NCBI GenBank assembly: GCA_965235115.1
Contig: OZ249436.1
Span: forward strand, 31,560,001-31,624,000
Length of the DNA: 64,000 nucleotides
Reading direction: 5' to 3'
From: Laetmonice hystrix
Taxonomy: Eukaryota
The notes under the pieces are model-generated. The model searched no databases. It was not told where the DNA came from and was given only the letters and a program-made list of their open reading frames with translations. Shown here one piece after another: positions 29,701 to 47,339 of this stretch (position 1 is its first letter; the number at the start of each line of letters is the position of its first letter). The position numbers and the translations under genes are program-made.

Positions 29701-31425
29701 GCGGAGCGGGGAGCGCAAGCCTTAGGGTCAATGGCACGTGTTTTTGAAAGGAGGGCAGCACCCCCTTAATAGCTATGCGTTAGGCCCCTATGAGCGATAG
29801 ATCAAATGATCACTGCATATGCAATGGATACAAAATTAATGGTATGGGCTATGGCAATAATTCTTGGGATGTTGACTTATTGACATGGATCCCTAGAACA
29901 TAACTTTGAATCAGGGTTGGCAAAAACCCGGGTTTTAAGCTTATTGCCCAGCCCAGTGGGTTTTACCGGGTTTACCCGGGTTTTACGGGTAATACTGGGT
30001 TTTATGACAACACGCTTCCCCAGGTCCAGCTAAAGTGGTAAACATTTAAAATATTCATAATATTTTTCATTCAAAAAATACTCATGAGAATGTACTAAAT
30101 TGATACACACTGGAACCCGTGAGTCTGGTGTGATTGTATCATGGTAAAGAGTAGATAATCCCTGTCCGATACTCCAGACCGTCTGGCAACTCATGACTAC
30201 ACTGAATCAATACACTGGAATCAGTGAACCGGTAAAGAGAGGGGTGCACCTGTGCCTTCTAGCTCCTCTGTGTATACTGACTGCCTTGTCTAAACTCTAC
30301 ATGGTAGTCAGATTCTATAGGTAGGCCTCTGAATATAATGTCCTGCAACTGAGAAATTTTCAGTCAGTGTGTATCAGTACTTGACTGTATAGCTATTCAG
30401 GTACTGACCTACCAGTATGAAGCATAGAGACCCTGTTTGGCAATTTTTTTCCATTTTTTGAGAATTGTATATGATTTTGTTCTTATTACCCAGTATTGCC
30501 CACTTAGCTGATTTTAGGGATATTGCCCAGCCCGGGTTTTCCCGGACATTATTACCTGCCCGGGTATTGCCCGGCCAACCCTGCTTTGAATTCCACAAAA
30601 ACAGCCCTCCCGAATTGCTCCTTTAAAACAATAACGGCAACACAGCATATACTGATATAGGTTCACCCACATGGCTCAAATTAACTGGATTCGCATCGCA
30701 ATTTGCTCTATTGCGAATCAAATTAAGAGATGAGTCACAAAATATTGCCTAATACTGCTTCTACAAACCAAATAACTCAGTATTTATAGTGAATCAAAAT
30801 TTTTAAAGTATTTCGAGCCCTGACCTATTATGTAAATCTAACAGTAATACTCAGCTAACGAAGCACAAATTGCCACAAGGCCTTGCCACGCCCCCGCCCA
30901 CCCAGCTTGGGGCGGAACACGGCTGATCAGCGGGGGCCACGACCACCAGTCCCGTCGCCCGCCTCCCCCTGCCCTGGCCTTGGCTGTCAAACTGGTATCT
31001 ATCAGCCATCGACCTTGTCCCTCACTGTCAGTCACAGACAGGCACAGTGACAGAGTTGACTGACACAGTCGACACAGTCACCACAGACAAAGCGTAGCCG
31101 TATGCCAAATTCAATCGATTACTTCGACCTTGCCTCCATAAACATCATGACAAAGTGCTGAATCTGAGAAGTGGCAAGTCGGTCAGACCCGGTTTGGTTT
31201 CGAATGGTGTAAGTAACTGGGCCCCTCATCCTGACCGTCAGAGGCCCGAGACAGACCGCCCGAGACAGCGAACGTTCGCAGGTTCTCGCCACTTTTCTGC
31301 CGGCCACAGTCCTTCTCGGAAGTCAAAATCACAAAGTCAAAAACCGCGATGACTCACCTTCCCAAGTTCTGATCCGCTATCTGCTTCACTCGCAGTAAGT
31401 TCTTCTTCCAGTCTTTCTTTAACAT
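2794..31425 (-). CDS. ARHGAP44: BAR-domain Rho GTPase-activating protein, RICH family (ARHGAP17/ARHGAP44/SH3BP1-like), ~743 aa, 14 core coding exons
   Basis: Exons (minus): 31425-31358 (MLKKDWKKNLLRVKQIADQNLGR), 14522-14381 (AEKSEVLSEDQL...), 14196-14008, 13881-13696, 13477-13409 (DQLATDMYTFLSRE), 12520-12439, 11816-11689 (PVYGEPLEDHLK), 11482-11435 (GLFRVAGS, arginine finger), 11182-11034 (VAGALKLYLRELPEPL), 10929-10855, 10586-10470 (NKMSASNVAIVMGPNL), 10104-10025 (HADWFFPG), 4795-4564, 3460-2794. All GT-AG with matching phases. Pro-rich tail ends EETHL (class I PDZ-binding-like; recalled vertebrate RICH proteins end ESTAL). Probably co-ortholog of ARHGAP17/44, so the symbol is approximate. 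Confidence 0.93.
3621..3947. mobile_element. piggyBac-like MITE in last intron of the RhoGAP gene
   Basis: TTAA|CCCTTTCAGGGCGAACG ... CGTCGCCGGCATAGGG|TTAA: TTAA on both sides, CCC/GGG termini, internal direct repeat ACGATGCCTTGAGGCA. Confidence 0.75.
6883..7610 (-). CDS. Alternative exon of the RhoGAP gene (717-nt in-frame cassette 7610-6894, or alternative terminal exon ending at TGA 6883)
   Basis: Acceptor cctctttag|AT ATT GAC TTC in phase 1 after the WFFPG exon. Open frame of ~240 Ser/Pro-rich codons. Possible donor CAG|gtaccg at 6894/6893. Minus-strand AATAAA at 6211-6216. Confidence 0.75.
17729..17853. mobile_element. Short MITE of CAG(T/G)GGCGGATCC family
   Basis: Ends CAGTGGCGAATCC ... 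TATCTGCCACTG, flanked by GTTAT direct repeat (17724-17728, 17854-17858). Confidence 0.65.
18879..19290. mobile_element. MITE with CAGTGCCTCCCC TIR, copy 1
   Basis: TIR CAGTGCCTCCCC/GGGGAGGCACTG; 5-bp flanking duplication ATGGT; highly similar to 19438-19886. Confidence 0.8.
19438..19886. mobile_element. MITE with CAGTGCCTCCCC TIR, copy 2
   Basis: Ends CAGTGCATCCCC ... GGGGAGGCATTG; colinear with 18879-19290. Confidence 0.78.
21510..21700. mobile_element. PIF/Harbinger-like MITE with internal palindromic repeats
   Basis: Perfect 19-bp inverted repeat CAGGGGTCCGTTCCACTAA/TTAGTGGAACGGACCCCTG; GGGG/CCCC core flanked by TCA/TGA; about six copies of palindrome AAAGACGTCTTT inside. Confidence 0.7.
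24074..24135. repeat. (GAGT)n microsatellite
   Basis: Interrupted GTGAGTGAGTGA run. Confidence 0.85.
25290..25937. repeat. 39-bp minisatellite (~15 copies), intron 1 of RhoGAP gene
   Basis: Unit ACACCCTTGGCCTGACAGATCCTGAATACATCTCACCCC; explains the repetitive ORFs (GLTDPEYISPHTL)n. Confidence 0.92.
28548..29009. mobile_element. hAT-like MITE
   Basis: 17-bp imperfect TIR CAGGGCTTGTCTTTTGA / TCAAAGGACAAGGCCTG; flanks TAATAC / TAACAC. Confidence 0.6.
29912..30583. mobile_element. Non-autonomous hAT element
   Basis: TIR CAGGGTTGGC/GCCAACCCTG; perfect 8-bp TSD CTTTGAAT (29904-29911, 30584-30591); subterminal CCCGGG/TTGCCCAG repeats. Confidence 0.88.
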
Positions 31426-32086
31426 GATGCCGTAATCGTATCCTCTGCCATATGGGATAAATACTTGGATATTCTTGGTCTCACCTCCTTTCGGACATCA
31501 TTCCACCTCATCGACATCGCCCACAGACACACAGACACGGTAGAAGGAAGCACAGGCACTCCTCCTCCCGGAAACGGAACCCCTGAGTTTATGTTATATG
31601 CTGCCATCTGACGAGTACAGAAGGCACTATAGTGCAGATTTCCAACTCCGCCAGGGGGCTGACTCTCTCCCGGCTCATGGTCGCATTAGCCGGCGTTCAT
31701 ATGTAGGCCCCTATTATGACACGTCAGAGTTGTACCATAGGCCTAGATCAATGAGTTGTACTCAGCTGGCCTTTTAGTCGAGCACACACTACAGTGAGGG
31801 CTCCCCACATGTAGTGACTGGCCTTATACTCGAGCAAACACTACAGTGAGGGTTCTCAACATTGTACTGTCTGGCCTTATAGGCTACTCGAGCAAACACT
31901 ACAGTAAGGGCTCTCTACATTTATTGGCTAGCCTTAGACTGGAGCAAACACTACAGTGAGGGCTCCCTACATATATTGACTGGCTTCAGACTGCAGTAAA
32001 CACTATACAGTGAGGGCTGCCCACATGGACTGACTGGCCTTATGTAGACTCTATACGCGAGCAATCACTCAGTGAGAGCTCGCAAC

Positions 32087-32271
32087 CAGGCCGATCTAGG
32101 GTCAGGGGGTCCTAGGGGGGTCCAGCATAAAAAGGGCAAATCGAGGGGGGGTCCGTTGTAAAAACAAAAGGCATTTTGGTTATAAAAAAATTAATCTGGC
32201 AAATTTGAGGGGGGGGGGGATCCGGACGTCGCCATGCACCCCCCCCCCCCCCCCCCGCGGATCCGCCACTG
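32087..32271. mobile_element. GGCGGATCC-family MITE inserted in satellite
   Basis: Right end GCGGATCCGCCACTG, degenerate left end CAGGCCGATC; GCAAC on both flanks; satellite register resumes after it. Confidence 0.7.
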
Positions 32272-34053
32272 GCAACATGTACTGACCGGCTTTATACTCT
32301 AGCAAACACTACAGTGAAGGCTCCCTACATGTATTTAATGTCCTTGGGCTGGAGCAAACACTACAGTGAGGCCTGCTTCATGTATTGACTGGCCTTATAG
32401 GCCTACTCAAACAAAGACTGAAACAAACACTACAGTGAGGGCTCCCTACATGTACTGACTGGCCTTAATTATTCTCTAGCAAACATTACAGTGAGGGCTG
32501 CCCTAACTGGCCTTAGACTGGAGCAAACACTACGGTGATGGCTCCCTACATGTATTGAGTGGCTTCATACTCGAGCAAACACTGCAGTGAGGGCTCTCTA
32601 GATGTATTGACTGACCTAAGACTGGAGCAAACACTACAGTGAGGGCTACCCACATGGACCGACTGGCCTTATACTTGAGCAAACACTACAGTGAGGCCTG
32701 CTTCATGTATTGACTGGCCTTATACTCGAGCAAACACTACAGTGAGGCCTCCATACATATACTGAGTGGCGTCATACGTACTCATACGTACTCGAGCAAA
32801 CACTACAGTGAGGGCTCCCTACATGTACTGACTGGCCTTATTCTCTAGCAAATACTACAATGAGGGCTACCCTAACTGGCCTTAGACTGGAGCAAACACT
32901 ACAGTTAGGGCTCCTTACATGTATTGAGTGGCTTCATACTCGAGCAACACTACAGTGAGGGCTCTGTGCATGTATTAACTGGCCTTAGACTGGAGCAAAC
33001 ACTACAGTGAGGGCCCCTACATGTATTGACTGGCCTCAGACTGGAGGAAACACTACAGTGAGGGCTGCCCACATGGACTGACTGGCCTTATACTCGAGCA
33101 AACACTAGGGTGAGGGCTTCACACCTGTCCTGACGGCCTTCTACTCGAGCAGACACTGCAGTGAGGGCTCTCTACATGTATTGACTGGCATTGAGTTGGA
33201 GCAAACACTACAGTGAGAGCTCCCCCACATATGTAGTGACTGGCCTAATACTCGAGGAAAGACCACAGTGAGGGCTCTCTAGCACGTATTGCCTGCGCTT
33301 AGACTGAAGCAAACACTACAGTGAGGGCTTCCTACATGTATTGACTGGTGCTATATTCGAGCAAACACTACAGTGAGGGCTCCCCACAATGTACTGACTG
33401 GTGTTATACTCGAGGAAAGACTACAGTGAGGGCTGTCTACATGTATTGAGTCGCGTCATACTCGAGCAAACATTACAGAGAGGGCTCCCTACATGTATTG
33501 ACTACCCTTGGGCTGGGGCAAACACTATAGTGAGGACTCCCTACATGTAATGACTGGCCTTGGGCTGGATCAAACAATACAGGGAGGGCTCCCTACAATT
33601 GACTGGCCTTATACTCGAGCAGACACTACAGTGAGGGCTCCCTCCATGTAATGACTGGGTTGGGTTGGAGCAAACATGCAGTACAGTGAGGGATCTACAT
33701 GTATTGACTGGCGTCATACTCGAGGAAACACCACATACTCTGTGGCCTTATACTCGAGCAAACACAATGTCATGTACTGACTGGCCTCATACTCTAGCAA
33801 ACACTACAGTGAGAGATTCCCACTTGTACTGACTGGCCTTATAGTCTAGCAAACACTATAGCGAGGGCTCCTCACATGTACTGTCTGGCCTTATAACCGA
33901 GCAAACACACAGTGAGGGCTCTCTACATGTATTGGCTAGCCTTAGACTGGGGCAAAAACTAGAGTGAGGGCTCCCTACATGAATTGACTGGCCTAATTCT
34001 ACTCGAGCAAACACTACAGTGAGGGGTCCCCACTTGTATTGACTGGCCTTATA

Positions 34054-34496
34054 CACTGGCGGATCCGGAAGGGGGGGTTCAGGGGGTTCGACCCCCCCCC
34101 CCTAAAATTTTGCAGATACACACATTTTAACTTAACATTATAATTTAGAAGTATTTTTCTTTCAGTCGCAAGACAAAAACCACCTAAACAATTTTTGCCA
34201 CGCTACGCTCGGCATGATTTCATGCTATAGCCAAAGATGCTGTTGGACTTGAGGAGGCCCTTTTGGCCTTGGTCACATTGGTCATTGGACAGCTTATTTT
34301 GTGCTCCAAAATGCATCGGATTGCAACAAATTACACCTTGAATTTCAAATTTTTTCGGGGGGGGGGGGGGGGCATATGCCCCCGGACCCCCCTAGGAAGG
34401 CTTCGCGCCTTCGGTGCTCGTACAGTCACGTCTGTGTTACCCATAAACACGTTGACCCCCCCCCCCCCCTAACGGAAAAAGCTGGATCCGCCCCTA
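34054..34496. mobile_element. GGCGGATCC-family MITE inserted in satellite
   Basis: CACTGGCGGATCC ... GGATCCGCCCCTA; splits a satellite unit at GGCCTTATA|GTCTAGC with TTATA repeated near the right end. Confidence 0.75.
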
Positions 34497-35385
34497 GCTG
34501 TTATAGTCTAGCAAACACTACAGTGAGGGCTCTCATATAGAACTCTTTGTTTGCTACAAGGAACCCTCCCCTGTATAGAACCTTTTGGTTCCGTATGTGA
34601 AACCTAACTTTCCTAATGAACCCTTTTACCTCCATGTGGAACTCCGAAGTTTTCCAAAGAACCTCTATTTCTAAGAGTGTAGGGGCCTATACGAGGCCTA
34701 TATAGATTAGGCTATAGGCCTACTTTTATGTATAGGCCTAGGCCTACTTTGATGAACAAACGATTTTTTCCTGTGTTTGGTGGAAAGATTTAGGCCTAAT
34801 TGTTTTTATCTCCCCCAAAAGGACCCCCCCCCCCCCCATGCATGTGCTATGGTTGGTTCGTCCCTAAAGGTCCATGTCGAAATAGTCATTAGGCGATTGT
34901 CCTTGCAACGTCCATGCGATTTTACATAGCATAACCCTTCACTTGAGGCCTAGGTAGGCCTAGGCCTACTGTATTTTGATGGAAGTATTTCAAAAAGATC
35001 GCCTGGCCCTCGCCAGATAATTTATCTGGCGCCCGCCACATATTACCTTGGTCTATAACTTATCTGGCGCCCGCCAAATAAATTGGCCGCCAGTTAAACA
35101 GATATCAAGAATGGTGGACATTCAGTCCACATTTCCTGCCCATGAAGGCACTATACACATACAGTATACAGGCCTACATACATCTTGTCAAGTCACATGA
35201 CAAACAAAATGGAAGCGCCCATAATGGCCCAGTCTCGGTCACCCGACTACCGGCTTGTATCAAGACTGATAATGGCTCTGAAGTGGTCGGTAGGACATTC
35301 TATTTCAAAATACACGTAGCCTAGCTATTAATATTATCACTTGGACATCTCCGCTGGCATAGATCTACTTTGGAAGTAGCTGACA

Positions 35386-38300
35386 ATGTCAGGAAGATTG
35401 CGGCTATGTGCGTGTTTGTTGAACATATCCGAGGCCAGGAACAGGTCTGTAGTAGAGGCTGTGGCAGAGTCGGCTCTGAAGTCTACCTTGACAAGTTGGC
35501 CTACTGGCAGTGGTACACCCGGGGAAGGGCCGGTTGTGGTAGGTGGCATGCCCGCCTGCAGTGACGGAGATACAGGCGGAGGTGGCGAGACACAGAGGTC
35601 ATCTAACAATGGAGGTGAGTTCACGGCCCAAATACCTCACGGCCGCCATAATTATGGGGGGTTTGTAAAAATAATGCACTTTTTGTTGTAAAAAGGCCAC
35701 TTCTGGAAATTTGAGGGGGGGGGGGGGGTGGTCCAGACATCTGCGACCTGACCCCCCCCCCCCAAAAAAAAAAAAAAAAAAAAAACCCTTCACCACTGCA
35801 ATTTATAGTGTTACCATTCTGTATTTTAAAGGGTTAGAATGGCCGATGAAGAGTGCAGTACTGAATGTGTTCCAGGATTATGATTACAACCGGTCAGTCA
35901 TCACCATAATGGGCAAAGCAGAAAATATTGGTAAGCCTGATTATTTTTTCAACTATATATGTGCATAAAGTACAAGGTCAGGCGAAATTAAACCTGTGGT
36001 CTTTTCATTTAATGTGTCTATAGACCTTTCTCTGTACTGTAAGGTTTGCCACAGAAAACATTAAGAATCATTTAATATATTGGGCAAGGAGATATCCGTA
36101 AAACAGCCTGCAGTAGTCATCATCCTGAAGATTTCCAAATGATCACGAGTAAGCTTATATAACCTGGACAGCCCATATAGAGGTAATTTCAGCGCACATA
36201 TGTTCAAAGTAGATGCAAGAATTTGTTGATAACGGTCCAGCAGGGGCAGTTTATGAAATATGGTAAGTTTTCTTTTTTTGGGGGGGGGAGGGGGTCCCGA
36301 TCTGAAACTTTCTATAGTCTATTAAACTAAGATGCCGCCAAGCACTTGGTTATACTCGGATATCATACATGCTAAACATGTACTATTATTGTTCAAATGT
36401 TCTTGACTTGTCACCTGTCACATATTTGAGGGGTTTTTTTTTGGGGGGGGGGCAGCCTTTACGAGACCCAACCTAGCTACCTTGGAAAACACACAACCCA
36501 GAGTTCTGTACACTTTTTGCAGGAGGGTTAACCCACCGAACCGAATTCAAACCCTACTGCAGAGGGTTGTACAACAGTCATATTTACTATTTGCACTGAG
36601 GAGCCTCCCAACTGCGTGGTTTACATACCTTTCCTCTTGTTTTCTTTACTCCCACAGCTCAAAGTGTATTTGATGCCTGTCTCACTGCATATGACCTCAT
36701 CGACCTCCGTCAGCACGCAGGAGGTCATCCACGGCTCGGCGCGGTTGACCTTGTACCAATTCATCCACTGGCCGATGATGTGTCTTTGGAGGAGTGTGGC
36801 GCCATTGCTCATGGTAAGGGTGAACTTACTAATAAAAACTGGAATATACTCTGGAAAATGTCATGCACGCTTACATTGAAAATGGTGTCAAATTAATTTC
36901 TTTAAAACTACGAATAGTGTAAATAGTACGGAATAAAACAACTAAGAAAGCATTAACAGATCCAGGCCCCAAAAAAGGTACCGCCCAGGACGTTTGCCCA
37001 GTGTATGGACACACTTGAAAAGATGTATTTATTAATTTATGGTAGTGGCCAGGCCAGAGTGTTTCACCTCCTTGAAGAGACTGGTCACGGTTTTTATTTT
37101 CATACCAGAGACAAAATTTAAATTCTAATTCTCTCTAATTCTATTTCTAAACAACATGTGATTAGTATATCTCCAGTTGATCAGCTGAGTTCCTAATTCG
37201 TCCTCGTGTTTCCCTCCAATGTAATAACTTTTACAGATATTGCATCACGATTGGTTGCTGCTCTGCCGGGAGTGTCCATCTTTCTGTTTGGCAGTGCCGA
37301 CATCCCTCAGCAGCGTGATCTCGTGTGCCGGAGAAAAGCTGTTCGGTGGTATAACGGTGAACACGGGAGTAGTTTCACAGGCATAGAGTCAGACCTAGGG
37401 CCTCCACCCACAGGTCGCTATGGCCTCACTGGTAACTGATCTTCCTCAGTCTCTACTGCTAATTTGTGCCTCTTTCCCCTATTTGTTCTGTTTGGGGAAG
37501 AGGCACGGACTACACCCAGTAAAAAGACAACCTTTTTTTATTTGGACCCACAATTCTGGTCGTGAGTCGTGATTACCCAGAAACTGGACCCAGGGGGGTG
37601 CTGGAAATAACCAACTTCGTATACGCGCTGCAAATTGGGAGGGGGCTGTGGGCATTCCCCCCGTTGACCTTTAAAAAAATTTTGGGGGCAAATTGAGGAG
37701 GGTGCTTGAGAACCCCAAGCACCCCCCCCCCCCTGGGTACGCTACTGCATGTCATCGTTATTATTTATTAGTGTAAGAGTCTACTATGCTTCAGGGGCGG
37801 ATCCTGGATTTTGGTAAGGGGGAGCTTAGGGGAAGAATTTGCGGGGGAGGAGGGGGGGGTCAGCAGGTTCAATTCAGAGAGGTCTATGGGGGACCTCTCC
37901 CCGATCCACCTCTGTATTTGCATAGTTAATAAAAGCACATTAAATTAAGAGACGGAAAACGTTATAGTAATATGACATTTAAATGTTTTGATAGCTATTT
38001 CAGCATTGCATTACACCTACCCGGAACTTATTATTATGAAGCAGTACGAGGCATTGATCTGAGAGACACCTTGTGGTTGATGGGTGCATTAAACATCAGT
38101 TGTTTGTTAACCGTCTTTCGTACCTCACAAAGTAACAGACACAATTATGAATTTTGTAAATGACTGCTAAAACTCCAAGGGTAAAATTTTCTAGCTTTCA
38201 TATTTTTTCATCATTAACCTTCTCAAACTCGTATGTTTGCTGATGCCTGCATCGAGCTTATTTGCATACAAAAGTTGCTTCCCCCGGGTTATTTTGAAGA

Positions 38301-38963
38301 CTGGGATTACCATAACCTCCTTCGAGGGTCTAATCCTTGTTTTTGTCTTTTTTGCCTTACTGGCAGTCTGGAAAACAGACCTAGGCCTGCATAGTTCATT
38401 CACTCGCTCGCACATCTTGCAGAAATTCATTATCGATGCTAGGTCTAAACCTATAACTCTTATAGGAGATAAAGCCTGTGTCTAAAAATTCCATAGAATA
38501 TGGAATGCGTCCAAAAATAATTCACGTCATTTTCTCACTTTCAGGTGTTGGTGCGATACCATACGTCATGAACTGCAACGTAACTATAGCAACGCAGGAT
38601 GTGAACTTTGGCCGGGAGATTGCAGCCTCAGTACGGGCCAAGTCGGCAGGGGGCCTGCCAGGCGTCCAGTCAATGGCGTTTGCCCACGAGGGACAGGTGG
38701 AGATAGCGTGTAACGTGGAGGCAGTCTGTCGTCAGGAGCGACCGTCGGAGGAAGAGTTGGTCTGTTCGTTTGGCAGCTACTACCACGTCCCTGCCACTGT
38801 CATAGAACGGCGGGTGGCAGAGATGGCAGCCAAGCGTGGAATCCACACTGTGGGCACGGCCCTGGTCGGTTTCTCCCCGGGAGAGGCTAGGAGATTGGCA
38901 ATCCAGGTGTTAGAGCAAGGGGACGCTCAACACTGGAGGAAGAGGGAAACCCCAAGAATGTGA
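35386..38963 (+). CDS. FTCDNL1: Formiminotransferase N-terminal subdomain-containing protein (FTCDNL1-like), ~365 aa, 5 exons
   Basis: Exons 35386-35614 (LRLCACLLNISEAR), 35832-35930 (VLNVFQDYDYNRSVITI), 36658-36813 (HPRLGAVDLVPIHPL), 37237-37431 (VSIFLFGSAD, RYGLTG), 38545-38963 (GAIPYVMNCNV, GGLPGVQSMAFAHEGQVEIACNV). Phases consistent; motifs match recalled vertebrate FTCDNL1. Confidence 0.92.
37792..37914. mobile_element. GGCGGATCC-family MITE in FTCDNL1 intron 4
   Basis: CAGGGGCGGATCC ... GATCCACCTCTG termini. Confidence 0.6.
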
Positions 38964-39698
38964 AAGTCGCGAGGCTTTCTGTTTAATTCCGAACTGACAG
39001 AGTAAAAGGAAAGAAAGAAAACTAACTTTTAACAAATTTCCTTTAGCGACATCTGGTGGCGGTACTTCAAATTAATGGGATTTTAACTTATAGACGAATA
39101 TGAATATTTCAGGGGGCCCTTTTAAAATAACACCTGAGGGGGCGCATGTAATGTGTTGCGCTATATATGGGACAATGCATTCATCAGGTAGAGGGGTAAA
39201 CGAAGAATGATTTTGCATACCCTAGTTTTTAAGGACCCTTATTCAGAATTACAAATTTATATAGGTAATATATTTTAAGTTTTGGGGATATAAAAAGAGC
39301 GAAAAAAAGAAACAGCGGTCCATGCATGCAAATATATTTATTGTGATTCATATATCCAAGCCTCTGTATCGCGTGACAGTCAAGGTGAAGGAAGTGATTA
39401 CATTATGTACAAGCATGTATATAAGTATAGAGTACCTCTGAGATTATTTTGTTAAAGATCATGCACTTAATAAAAATGGGTATGTCGGATTGACTTGTGG
39501 TCACGTGTACAGACTATTCATTTTATTGTCTACAACCAAGTTATCAATAGCTAACATAATAACCGTACTGATGCTAATGTACTACAGGAGCAGATCTTCA
39601 CACTCCTCTAGCTTGACAGTGATTTTCGGGATTCTTATATCGAGGTATTTCTTACATGTAACTTTCCTACAACACTTGACAAATTCCGTTTAATTGAT

Positions 39699-46451
<6,753 letters not shown>

Positions 46452-47339
46452 GGTAAGTAGATACTACACTGCGAAAGATGCTGTCGTTTCGATGCAGTCT
46501 TCGCAGAATGTGGAGCTGCACTCTTTTAAATGCCTTCTTAACACTAGACTAGATGGAGCGCGTTGTGATGTTTACGTCTTAGTCCGTCATGGAACCCCCC
46601 CCCCCCCCACCCCACCCCCACCCATCCATATATGGCAGGCGATAGGCGCGCGATACCGTCACATTTCGACATCCGGAAAGTTGTATTATGATACATCTCT
46701 TATCGGCAACACATTGGCTACTTAGGATCCCTGACAGGATTCAAATAAACTTTCTTCCTATGTGGGTCTATTTTCATGACTCCTTCGCATTTCTAGGCTA
46801 CTTTCTCTATTTGGTCAGGCCTGCAAAGCATTCTATCTCATAGTTTATCTTTAACCAATAAAAAAGAACGTCAACATTCCCTATGTAGCCGTTCAGGCTC
46901 CGAGATATTTTTTAAAACTGCATGGTGTTATTTTGGCCCTTTAATAGACTAATAGATTAATCAGGATATGGACCGAGGCTTATTTGATTCTTAACCTATA
47001 TCTATTAGGCCTGTAGACGGTGGCATGGTAAGGTGCGGTCCAGGTGTGGTTTGTGTTGTAGCAAAATGGAAAAGCTGGCTTTTTAGAGTTGCTTGACTAA
47101 CGAAGGCAATAGTATTACGTCTCCTCCTAAATACATGCTTGGTAGAAAAAAGATAGGGACATAATACCATTACCTATATCTTGGGATAGGCTAACGGCCA
47201 TGTCAACAGTTTTCTAGCCTAGCGTGACTGAAAGGTTGGTTCGTCCACTGAGTTGGTGGTCGTAGCCCTCAATCTAGGATATACCTGACGCCTGTGTCAG
47301 TTAGGATAGGGAGCTGTACAGGTATCAGTATGGGCAGGG

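Larger units (their letters stand above)
31755..34535. repeat. 52-bp satellite array (~40 diverged units) between the divergent RhoGAP and FTCDNL1 5' ends
   Basis: Consensus GAGCAAACACTACAGTGAGGGCTCCCTACATGTATTGACTGGCCTTATACTC; interrupted by MITEs at 32087-32271 and 34054-34496. Confidence 0.92.

Noticed and set aside
31755..34535. CRISPR-like array (conserved GAGCAAACACTACAGTGAGGG with variable intervals)
   Set aside because: The intervals are homologous to each other rather than unique spacers; eukaryotic context and no cas genes.
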